Of a stretch of DNA of 64,000 nt, positions 51,532 to 62,900 are shown piece after piece. The DNA lies in NCBI RefSeq assembly GCF_018977255.1, contig NW_024704743.1, forward strand, positions 89,096,001 to 89,160,000, in the 5' to 3' direction. The position numbers were made by a program, and so were the translations under genes. The DNA is from Callorhinchus milii. Taxonomy: Eukaryota. Below the pieces are notes generated by a model. The model saw only the letters and a program-made list of their open reading frames with translations, searched no databases and was not told where the DNA came from. Each line of letters starts with the position of its first letter. The first letter of the stretch is position 1.

Positions 51532-52612
51532 TTCATCTCCACAAACAGTTTCTCCTCTATCCCCTGCACCACCTTGTGCGGTGTTCCTCAGGGCTCTGTC
51601 CTTGGTCCCCTTCTCTTCAATATCTATATGCTCCCTCTTGGTCAACTTCCACATGTACGCAGATGACACCCAACTCTACCTCTCTGCCTCCACCCTTAAC
51701 TCCAAGATCACTGCTGTCCTGATAGAATGTCTGTCAGACATCAAGTCCTGGATGAGAACTAACTTTCTTCAGTTGAACGGCAACAAGACCGAGGCTCTCC
51801 TGATTGATTCCCATCAGCACCCTTGCACCTCAGGCTCTGACAGCATCACCATCCATGGTTGCACACTCCACCTTACAAACCTGCCTGGAACCTTGGTGTC
51901 TTGTTTCACCATCAACTATCCTTTCTACCCCACATCTGTGCTATGACCCGCTCGGCCTTCCCCCACCTCCCCAACATCGCCGAGCTCCACCACTTTCTCA
52001 CACCGCAGGCTGCCGAAACGCTCATACACGCATTCATAACATCCAGGCTTGACTATACAAACTCCTTACTTGTCGGCCTCCCCAACTCCTCTCTCCATAG
52101 ACTGTAGATCATCTAGAATGCCTCAGTCATTGTCCTCTCCCACACCGGGCTTCATGACCCTATCACCCCCATGCTCTCCCGACTCCACTGGCTTCTTATC
52201 ACATAGGGGATACAGTTCAAGATCCTGGTCCTCACCTTCAAAGCCCTCCATAGCCTCGCTCCCCCCTACCTCTGATACCTCGTAAACTCCTACCCTGCAC
52301 CTCCTTCCGTTCAGCCGTCTCCAGCCTGTTTCCCATCCCCCACCTTGCCCACCCCCACCATTGGCGGGCAGGCCTTCTACCACTCTGCCCCCACCTTCTG
52401 GAACTCCATCCTCGCCCTCTCCCTTGCCTCTTTCAAAACCCATCTCAAGACCCTCCTCTTCGACTGTGCTTTCAATCACCCTCCTTCCCCACTGCCCTCC
52501 ACCCTCGCCATTCCCGATCGCCAGCTTGGGTCAGAAACACTGACTGTCCAGCACCTTGGGACATCCTCTCGATGTGAATAGTGCTATGTAAATGTAATTC
52601 TGTTTTGTTGTA
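51532..52612 (+). mobile_element. L2 LINE 3' fragment including the RT catalytic motif
   Basis: [57 protein letters not shown] and tail. Confidence 0.95.
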
Positions 52613-53486
52613 ACACATTAATATTTTATTCAATGAACCTTGAGCATTTACCGCACAAATGTTAGGATTGATTTTGTACTACTTGCACAAGGAAGTATCA
52701 CGTAGTTCACACTAGTAATAATAATAATAATAATTACATTTGATATATTTTGAATGTGACTGTAAATAGACACAGTCAAAGATTTTGGAATAGAGTTCCT
52801 GAGGCATAGTTACTGTAGTAAAATGTTAAATCGTATTATAATTATATTAGACTTACAATCAGATATCTTCATATTTCAACAGTTCATGGGACACACTGCG
52901 TGCCCTGACAGACTAACAACTAATGGAAAGAAACTCGATGCATTTCGGAGCAGTTCCATTTAATCCAGTGGGGGTGAACAATTCTTACTGGACTGGGTGT
53001 CAATGTAGAGATATTTGAACCCAGGAAAGCATCATAACATCAGGACTCTCACTCCCCTCGGGACTCACACTCTACTTGGGGATACTGGATATTGGTTTGG
53101 ATATTCTGAAGCATTGTGATGGGTTACTGCATGTGTCAGACACCTGAATGACTGAAAACAAACATGCATATTCGCCACAACGATTCATCTGCATCCCAAA
53201 ATGCATTTTCTCATGTGTTTGAATGCCTCTGTGGCCTTTCCCCATCTTAACTCTACAATTTCCTATGGTCCTAACCTCCTGCCCACTCTCTCCACTCCAC
53301 CAAGTAAGGCTTGCTTTACATCCCCAGTCTCACTGACTGGGCAAACTGCTTCCCTGGAACCATAGGACCACAGAAATTTACAGCACAGAAGACAGCCATT
53401 CGATCCATGTCCGTGCTGTCTTTTTAATCTTTTAAAGAACAATCCTTTCAGTCCCTAAATCCTTCCACCTTGTTCCCTCTCTGCTT

Positions 53487-53792
53487 TAATAATAATCCTT
53501 GCATTTGATATCACATCTTTGAAACTTCTCAAAGCTCTTCACAGAATATGAATTGATTGTATATTTTTGTGGGTGAACCACAGCAGCCATTGCACACGGC
53601 AGCATTCCACAAGCAGTCATGGCTTGAGTGACCAAATTATTATTTTTTTAATTTAATTTTTTGAAGGGATTATTACTCCCAGAAAAGTGATCTGCCAATT
53701 GACTAACAACCAGGTTCCTACTTACTTACTAACCCTAACCCTAAGTAAACAGAGACTTGTGGAGTAAGGAAACATGCGTAACATATTGCCCT
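53487..53792 (-). mobile_element. tRNA-derived SINE, long variant, head truncated
   Basis: Extra module gaaaagtgatctgccaattgactaacaac plus aaccctaaccctaa. Confidence 0.8.
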
Positions 53793-56013
53793 TCATTTCG
53801 CTTTCAAAACCCATCTAAAAATGTTTCTCTTTGACTGTGCTTTGTCCATCTTCAACCCATTACCACCCTCCCCAACTCCTACACAGCTCAGGCTCCCACT
53901 TTGTCTCCATAAAGCACTATAGGACATTCTCCAACATGAAAGACACTCTATAAATGCAACTGAAAAAAAATCTATTGGGTATAAAATATTCTGTAATGGC
54001 ATCGCTGCTGTATTGCCTGCAGCAAGCATGTCCACGTTGTAAAGGGGTTCTCCAGGGAGTCCTCTGCATGACACATAGAATTGTATTGTAATTGGAGCCA
54101 AAGCTAGTGTCTGGGTGCTGACAGGGGATTGCTTAAGAAAATGCCAGTTATGTTGCGGGCACTTGGGGGCAGCAACATGGAGGTGATGCTTTTAAACACC
54201 ATTGTCAGATCTAAAAAATGATAAGAAGGAAGGGTTTGTTCCACATGCCTGGAAACACTGAAGATTCAAAAATCTTCTCATCTCAAGTCCTACCTGAAGC
54301 CTGTTATTTTTGCATTTTTGTCACCTAGTTCTGCATTTGCTACCAAAGTGATATACCATGTTCATACCTATTTATCCACTGCATTCAGCATCTAAAAGAC
54401 ATGGACCATATCCCCTTTCATTTTTCTTCACGCCAACAAAAGCAATTGAATTCAGTGAATTTGCCCTCATGATATAGAGCCCTAGTCCCAAAATCATCCT
54501 AGCTAATCTTCCCCAATGCATCAATGTCCTTTTGAGGTAGGAGGTCTAAAACTGCACAAAATGTGCTAGCCTCACTTCTGATCTAAAGAAGGTTGGATTA
54601 ATTAATGTCAATTTATAATCAAATAACCTTGAGATGTTTCACTGCATTTTATTCATTTTGTTGATAAGCTTTATATCGATTGAATACTTTGACGAATGAT
54701 TAATAATCACACCCAGATTCTTTTTCCTTACCCACCTGTGCTAATGGATTCTCTTTCATCATGTGCACATCTTATTTTCAGTTTGGGAAATAAAAAGCCA
54801 TTTTTATCACTTCTTCACCTGGTGCATGTTTTTTTGTTGATGTAGGTAAACTGAAGTACAATATAACTTGTAAAAATATAACGCAAAAGAGATGCTGTGA
54901 GGTGCCCCTGTGACATGCACGTTAATTTTCTGTAATGCTTTAATGTAACTTCACCTGCTTTTAGCCTATAGGTGCAGGAGGTTGGTTGACGTGTTTCAAG
55001 TAATTTATACAAATAATTGGATATAATAATACAATAAACAAGGCAAACAGAATGCTGGGCTAGATGCTGGGCTGAATCAGTTGGGTTCAGATGCTCAGAA
55101 AGTTTCAAAGCTGTATAATACTCTTGTTAGTCCACATCTGAATGCAGCTCTGGTCACCGGAACATAAGGGGCTCTCTATGTACTCAAACTAATTATTTAC
55201 TCAGAGAATAATTAGGTTACCAGGAAGGGTGGTTGAGGCCAGGATACTGGATTTATTTAACAAACAGCTGGATGCTGTCATGAGATTACAGGAGGGTGGG
55301 TATTCTGGAAGGATTAGATTGAATGGGCCAAAGGGCCTTCTTCATCCAAACCATTCTTAACTAGTTTCTATTCAAAATATATAGGTTACAGATAAAGATA
55401 GAAACTCTACCCAACCATTTAAGTATAATGGTGTAGCAACCGTGATATTTGATTGCTTTATTAATATATGCATTAATAAAATGTATATGTTTTGATATTT
55501 AGCATACTGACTGACTGGTCTCTGAGCATATTGGAGGCAGATTACCCTATTCTAACACCATTTCCAATGGTATCTGTGAGAGCCAATGTAATGAGCTTTT
55601 TCCTTCATCAATAATAAAAACCTGGATATTGGACAACCCTACCACCAGATCAGTTGAGTTCAGATCCCCAGAAATGCATTGCTGGTTTAGTGAAAAGCTG
55701 CATTAACTAAGCCAAATTAAATCTGAGTAAAGTTAGCAGTGCAATCCAATTCTGACTGCTGAAAGTCCAATTCCACAAGGTATCACTAACGAAAAAGTTA
55801 CAAGGGGGGTAGGGGGGTGGGGGGAAGAGGAATGGGGTTCACCTCCAGCCCACCCGAAACTAGTCAATGTTCACTTTTAAGTTTTTTCAATAACATTAAT
55901 TAACACCACAATTTTGTCTTATTATTCTATAATTATTTTGGTGCTTTTCTAATGTTATAAGTTTATTCCAAGTCCCCCAAACACTTTCTGATTACATCCT
56001 ATTCATTGCTAAT

Positions 56014-56330
56014 GGAGTTCTGTAGCTCAGTGGTTAGAGCACTCGCTTTGCAACGAGAGACCGGAGTTCAATTCCAGGCCGGGCGAAACCTTGGGCAAGT
56101 TTCCTTACTCCACACGCCTAATAATAATCCCTTCAAAAACAAAAAACAATAATAAATTGGTCATTTTCAATCTACGACTGTTTGTTGGACATTGCTGTGC
56201 GCAATTGGCTGCCGCGTTAGTCCACAAATATACAGTCAATTAACTTTGCAGTGTGTTCAGTGAAGCGCTTTGGGACGTCCTCCGACGTGAAAAGCGCTAT
56301 ATCAAATGCAAGGATTATTATTATTATTAT
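56014..56330 (+). mobile_element. tRNA-derived SINE (young family), best-preserved copy
   Basis: GGAGTTCTGTAGCTCAGTGGTTAGAGCACTCGCTTTGCA...GTTCAATTCC; Deu-like core; AGCGCTTT...AAAGCGCT tail stem; (TTA)n. Confidence 0.95.
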
Positions 56331-56699
56331 AATGTAATAGAATACCTCTATAAATTACAGCAATTTCTTACGTAACATATGGCACATAATTTCTTTAACA
56401 GAAAGGAAGAATTATATCTTCAAATGAGCTTTAGTTACACAGAAATTTAATTCACGAAAAGGGGATGCAAAATCATGGCTGGATTTAATTAGGCCATGTT
56501 GGTTTAATTGCTAATTTTCAACTTAGCCAATAGTATTTAACTTTTGCAATTAATTCACAGTGAAAATGTGACAGCAAAATCAGTGCGGAAAATCTGGGGC
56601 AAAGTTTATCATGTTTCAAAACATGTTCCTTGTATTATTTAACACAGAATACACTATGAAATGCTAGAGATTTTACCCCTATAAGTTACATCCATAGTA

Positions 56700-56910
56700 T
56701 TACATAGAATTACATAGAATGTTGCAGCATTGGAAGCAGGCCACTCGACCCTCCTCGTCTGTGCTGGTGTTAATAGCAATTGATAATCACCTCTCCTATT
56801 CCCCTCAATTTCCATCTCCCTCATGTATGTGTCAAGTTTCCTCTTAAATATTTTGATGCTTTTTGCTTCAACCACAGCTTCCGGCAATAAGTTCCACATT
56901 CTTACCACTT
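56700..56910 (-). mobile_element. CR1 3' end fragment
   Basis: KVVRMWNLLPEAVVEAKSIKIFKRKLDTYM and catagaatta tail repeats. Confidence 0.85.
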
Positions 56911-57960
56911 TGCTCAGTTGCGTGAAAAGAAGGGAGAAAAAGATTGCACTGTGACAAAAGAAAATGGTCAGAATGGTTCTGCAGTACCCCAGGGCACTGA
57001 TGATCACAGAAACGCAAGCCTTGGCTCATCAGCAGGACTTGGAAGAGCAGACCAATTACTTGGTGCAAGGATTCTTCCCACTCAGCTCCTGTTAACCCTG
57101 TAAGCCAAATCCTTAACAGCTAGACATGCTGTACATGCAAAGGGAAGCCAGACAGTCCTGTCAACTGCAAGATGTACAGTTTTAACTGGTGAAACTCCAG
57201 CAGTAAATAAAATGCAAGAATAATATTTTATCATGTACGTATTCGGAGATTCTTAAATTTCACCTGTCTGTTCTCAAGAAACTTGGTCCAATTGCAACCA
57301 GTGTGGATTAACTGGCAGTGTCCATATTATTTCAGTATTGCAAACGCTTGTGCTGTGCCCATTGGTGTCTAAGACTGGAACAGAGGTCGGTGTATAACAC
57401 TTGGAATGAAGAAAATCAAGCAAAGGGAGGGCTTTGTGGATTCCAAATACTGTACACACGTAAGATCACACAAAATTGGTTTTGATGAAGAAGGCCCTTT
57501 GGCCCATTTGATCTTATCTTCCCAGAATACCCACCTTGAGTCCTCCCATTATAGCATCATCCTTTTTTTAATTAGTCCAATGTCCTAGCCTTATCCATCC
57601 TTCCTGGTAACCTGTTATAGGTATTAATTACCCTCAAAAAGAAAAAACTAAAGTCTGAACACAGATTTGTGATGGAAACAGAGATAACATTTCCTAATGA
57701 ACTCTTTTTATTAATATGGCTTTTTTGCCATTATATAAGTGAGATATGATTGAGTTCAAAACAATTTGACATTTATAAGTTTTTGATCTCAGGCTGCAGT
57801 TCAGGCTTTCAGTTATAACTGTACTGTCAAGGACTATAATAGCCTGACCTTTAAAATAAAAAATTCCAATAAGAAACCTATTTTTATTCTTTAAAGATGA
57901 CCTTTGATTATCACCTTTTGATGATTATAGATCTCGTGTACTAGAATCCTTTTTTTAAGG

Positions 57961-58346
57961 TGTCAGCCTGGATCAGTTGGTAGTACACTCAGCTCTGAGT
58001 CAGAAGATTGTAGGTTCAAGCCCACTTCACGCAGTACTAAGGAGAAGCACAGCATTGTTGGAGGTGCCGTTCTTTGGTTGAGACATTAAACCAAAGTTCT
58101 GTCTGTCTGTCAAGTGGATGTTGAAGATCCCATGATACTGTTTGAAAAGAGAAGGGAATTTCCCTTGGTGTTCTGGCCAGTAATCCACAAAAATCCACAC
58201 TCACTCAACAAATTGGCTGCCACATTCACCGACAAATATACAGTCACTACACTACATAAACGCATTTTACAGTAAATCCTGTAAAGTGTTTTGAGACATT
58301 TCTATGACATGATAAGGTGCTATATCAAATACAAGCATTATTATTG
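57961..58346 (+). mobile_element. Older Deu-domain tRNA SINE (SacSINE1-like)
   Basis: tgtcagcctggatcagttggtagtacactc...ggttcaagccc; ggaggtgccgttctttggttgagacattaaacc; L2-type tail. Confidence 0.85.
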
Positions 58347-58513
58347 TTACTGTTAAGCATTGTTCGTCTGATTTCACCCTGTCATGACATTCTCAGTGAG
58401 AGGCTAAACCATTTTAAAATAACTATTTCTAATTTATTACAATAATTGTGTCCTTAAACAAGTGTACTAATCATTTCTGTGTGTGTATGTATGCCACGCA
58501 ATTCAGTAAGTTG

Positions 58514-61005
58514 AAATCAGTGGCATTACTTAATTGCTCAACCTCTCCCTCCACATCAACTCCGCCACTCAAGGTCACGGCCACCCACTCGATTTGGTGA
58601 TCACCCGGGGCCTCAGTGTCTCGGATGTCACCATTACCGACAAGGCAGTCTCCAATCACCACTTCATCTCCTTCACCACCTCCACCCCCCTCCCCACCTC
58701 CACCAGACCCACCACCATCTTCTAACGCTCATGGAAGAAGTTAACCCCACAATCCCTAACCGCTGCCTTGGAGTCCTCTGAACTCCTCTCCCTCTGGCCT
58801 TCAACCCTCACTGACCCCTCTTCTGCCCTCACCCTCCTCCACAACACCCTCTCCTCCACACTCGACACTCTTGCCCCCATCACCTCCCGTACTGTCTCCT
58901 ACTCTCGCTACTCCCCCTGATTCACCACCCACCTCCGCTCACTGAAGAGCCAGGTGCGGGCCGCTGAACGCACCTGCCTCAAATCTGGCCTAACGGTCCA
59001 CCGACAAATCTGGCTGGACCTCCTCAAAATCTACCGCTCCACTCTAGCCTCGGCCAAGTCATTCTTCTACTCCAGGATAATCCTGGAGGCGAAGAACAAC
59101 CCCAGGCTTTTGTTTTCTACCACATCCCAACTCCTCCGTCCCCACCGCCACCCCGCGCAGGTCATCTCCTCCAACCTTCACTGCGAGGAGATGCTGGATA
59201 TCCTTGAATCCAAAATCAAGGGAATCCGCTCCGCGGTCACTGCCCCTCCAACTTCCACCCACCTCCCACCCCTTCCCTCCCACACTCCGACTCCTACCCA
59301 TCCTCCCCTACACACCTTCGAACCCGTTTCCCTCTGTCACCAAACTCATCCTGTCCCTGAAACCCACCACCTGCTCCCTTGACCCCATCCCCACTTCACT
59401 CCTTATCTCTCAGCTCCACATCCTTGCCCCACTTATCACAGACATCATCAACCTGTCCCTCTCCTCTGGCTCTGTTCCCATTTCCCTAAAAACTACCATC
59501 ATCACTCCCACTTTGAAAAAAACCCTCCCTTGATGTGTCGCAGCTATCAAGCTACCGGCCCATCTCCAACCTCCCCTTCCTGTCCAAGGTCCTTGAAAGA
59601 GTTGTCGCCTCCCAGCTACGCTCTTTCCGCTCCACCCATGCATTATTCGAACCCCTTCAGTCAGGTTTCCGTGCTGCCCATAGCACTGAAACCGCCCTGG
59701 TCAAGGTGACCAATCACATCTTGACCATCTGCGACCAGGGCTCCCTCTGCCTCCTCGTCCTCCTTGACCTATTGGCAGCATTCGATACGGTCGACCACTC
59801 TATCCTCCTCCACCTCTTGTCCTCCCACCTTAACCTTCAAGGCCTGTCCTTGAGTGGTTTAGGTCGTACCTCTCCCACCGTCTTTATTTTGTTTCCACAA
59901 ACGGCTTTTCCTCCAGCCCCCGCACTGTCTCGTGCGGTGTCCCTCAGGGCTCTGTCCTCGGTCCCCTCCTCTTCACCCTCTATATGCCCCCCCTTGGTGA
60001 CATCATCTGCAGACATGGGGTTAACATCCACATGTATGCGGATGACACCCAACTCTACCTTTCCTCCTCTTCCCTCAACTCCACGACCACCGATGTCCTG
60101 ACAGCCTGCCTGTCCGACATCGAGTCCTGGACGAGAGACAACTTCAGCTCAATGTGCGCAAAACTGAGGCCCTCCTGATTGGCTCGCATCAGCGCCTCCG
60201 CACCTCAGGCGCTGACAGCATCAGCATCCAAGGCTGCACTCTCCACCTCTCAAAGCCAGTCAGGAACCTTGGTGTTCTGTTCGACCCTGAGCTGTCCTTT
60301 CTTCCTCATATCCGCGCCACAACTGGCACCGCCTTCCATCACCTCCGAAACATCGCCAGACTACGGCACTACCTCACCCCTCACGCTGCTGAAACTCTGG
60401 TCCACGCCTTTATCACCTCAAGGCTGGACTATGGGAACTCTCTCCTCGCCGGCCTTCCCGCCACCTCCCTCCACAAGCTGCAGGTCATTCAGAACTCTGC
60501 AGCTCGTGTACTGTCCCGCACCAGGCTTCGCGACCACATCACTCCCACCCTCGCTCGCCTCCACTGGCTCCCCATCCCCCAGAGGATCGAATTCAAGATC
60601 TTCATCCTCACCTACAAGGCCTACCCCTCCGACCTACTATCCCCCTACTTACCTGCCCGTACCCTCCGTTCCTCTGGCTCCGGTCTGCTCCACATCCCCC
60701 GCCCCAACCGCCCTACCATCGGTGGCCGGGCCTTCAGCCTCTCAGCCCCGAGGCTCTGGAACTCCATCCCCCAGTGCCTTCGCCGCCTCCTCCCTTTCCT
60801 CCTTCAAGGCCGGTCTCAAGACCTTTCTCTTTGACCGTGCCTTCAGCTCCCCTCTCGACTCTCTACCCCCTCCTCGCTCCCTCCCTTCCCTCCCCTTACC
60901 CTGACTATTTCCTCCCTGCTCGGGTCCTAACCCAACTGTCCAGCGCCTTGGGACGTCCTCCCGACCTGAAAGGCGCTCTATAAATGGAATCTTGTTGTTG
61001 TTGCT
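58514..61005 (+). mobile_element. L2 LINE, 5'-truncated: end of APE, RT, C-terminus, 3' tail
   Basis: GHPLDLVITRG...[74 protein letters not shown]; (ttg)n; several stops and frameshifts. Confidence 0.98.
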
Positions 61006-61274
61006 TGCGACCTGACTACTTGAATATTTTGCCTTATAGATTACAATCAAACAGATGTCCACTGATACAATTTTCTCATGCACAAGCCAAGGTACAGGAG
61101 ATAATGTCAAGATGTTGAAGGGAAAGTAATTAATCAGCCAACTATAAATTATCATGAAAGGTTAGAGAATAGAAGAAATGCATTACTATTGATGTTCCAT
61201 GTAGCATTTATTATTTTCCCCTCATTTTTAGGTTGAATGCATCTTACGTCTCTATCCTGATATTTTCTTTTATT

Positions 61275-61790
61275 AACTTTTCTTGGGGCCTTCATCAGAA
61301 CTGGAACATGTTGGGAGGAAGAGGCTTTTAAGGGCTAACAGAGATGGGGGAAGCAGGGCAGCAACAACAACAACAACAAGATTCCATTTATAAAGCGCCT
61401 TTCACGTCAGGAGGACGTCCCAAGGCGCTGCACAGTTGGGTCATGACCCGAGCAGGGGGGAAATGGTCAGGGTGAGGGGAGGGGAGGGAGCGAGGAGGGG
61501 GGAAATGGTCAGGGTGAGGGGAGGGATGGGAGGGAGCGAGAAGGGGAAAGAGAGTCGAGAGGGGAGCTGAAGGCTCGGTCAAAGAGAAGGCAAGGAAGAC
61601 AAAGGAGAACATTGAGAGGAGAGGACAAGGGATGAAGGGTTAAAGAGGTGTTAATGATGCAAACCAAGTGGAGCGGGGATTGCAACAAAACGGGGGATGT
61701 GAATAATTCAAGACAAAGCAGCGAATGCAGTAAACTACATTGGTGGTGATGGAGGAATAAATCAGGGAGGCAAACCAGGGAGCCTCCGTG
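61275..61790 (-). mobile_element. Penelope-like element, inverted and internally deleted copy
   Basis: Minus strand TNVVYCIRC (GIY part of GIY-YIG) joined to pLTR sequence matching 62220-62390; interrupted by an L2 tail. Confidence 0.75.
61361..61588 (-). mobile_element. Young L2 3' end nested in the Penelope pLTR
   Basis: Near-identical reverse copy of 60820-61005; GGCA on both sides; ~40-bp internal tandem duplication. Confidence 0.9.
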
Positions 61791-62485
61791 ACTTCCTGGT
61801 TCTTTACTCCATCATCACCAACAGTTACTCTCCTCCCCCGGCACCTTCCCATGCCAGCGCAGGAGATGCAATACTTGCCCTTTCACCTCCTCCCATACCA
61901 CTGTCCAGGGCCCCAAACACAGATTTCAAGTGAGGCAGTGATTTACATGTATTGCCACCAATGTGGTTCTCCTACGCTGTTCCAATGAGCCTCAGTGCCA
62001 GCTCGAGGAACAGCACCTCATTTATCTGCTCGGGACCTTAAAGCCCTCTAGCCTCAATATTGATTTAAACAGTTTCAGATTATAACAGCTCACTTTCCCC
62101 CTCCCCCTCTTCCATGACCGTTACCACATCATCTGTATCCCAGACACACCTATTCTCTTTCTGGTCTGCCTGTTTTGTTGCAATTTTCCCCCCTTTTGTT
62201 TTGCATTATTAACACCTTTTTCCCCCTGTTTTGTTGCAATCCCCCACTTTGTTTTGCATCATTAACACCTCTTTAATCCATCATCCCCTGTCCTTTAGCC
62301 CATTTTCTCCTTTGTCTCCCTTGCCCTGCCTCTCCCTCTCTTTTAGTCCTTAAAAGCCCCTTCCTCCCAACATGCCCCAGTTCTGACAAAGGGTTGTGGA
62401 CCCGAAACAATGACTCACTTTCCCTTCTCCATAGATGTTGCCTGACCTGTTGAGTGTTCCCAGAGACTTCTGTTTTTGTTTCAGG
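61785..62485 (+). mobile_element. Penelope-like element 3' portion (GIY-YIG remnant and pLTR)
   Basis: GTFPCQRRRCNTCPF...GPKHRFQVRQ*FTCIATNVV then EEQHLIYLLGTLKPSSLNIDL; pLTR with hammerhead-like motif at 62379-62415. Confidence 0.85.
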
Positions 62486-62589
62486 CTGGATATGAAATCG
62501 AGTCCCAGAAGGTAAAGTATCCCTGGAATCACTGATTGTGGTCGTGATACGTGTAATGATGTTGATATAGCTGGAACTCAAAGGCTCAC

Positions 62590-62900
62590 AGCACCAATTA
62601 TGCTGTTCACATAAAATTACTTTCGGATGTACCGAGACAGCAAAACTAGAGGAAACAAGTTTACAGTTGAAAAGTGCAATTTCAGGATAGATATCAAGAT
62701 TTTGCTCTTTACACACAGGGTAATTAATGACTGGAACAGATCACTCGGAAGAGTGGCTGAGGCTGGGATGCTGGGCCTCATTTAAAAAACAGCTTGATGT
62801 TGTGTTGGGAGGACAGTAAAGTAAGGTGGATATTCTGGCAGAGAGATAAAATGGGCCAGGGGCCTTCTTCATCTAAACTATTCTTGTGATTTTGTGAACC
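62590..62900 (+). mobile_element. Old CR1 3' fragment
   Basis: TRGNK.., FTHRVINDWN, FKKQLD remnants and gggccttcttcatc tail. Confidence 0.75.

Noticed and set aside
53730..53745. Telomeric (CCCTAA)n
   Set aside because: Only about two units inside a SINE; not an interstitial telomere array
56014..56085. tRNA gene (Ala/Cys-like anticodon region)
   Set aside because: It is the head of a SINE: no proper acceptor stem or terminator, it continues into the SINE body, and it recurs in many copies
56995..57045. Hammerhead ribozyme in the unnamed repeat (CTGATGA-tcaca-GAAA on plus; CTGATGA-GCC-aa-GGC on minus)
   Set aside because: The plus strand has no stem II, the minus strand has no GAAA after the stem, and other copies lack a full core
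60154..60904. Longest ORFs (226 and 241 aa) as host genes
   Set aside because: One is the L2 ORF2 C-terminus; the other is its C-rich shifted frame
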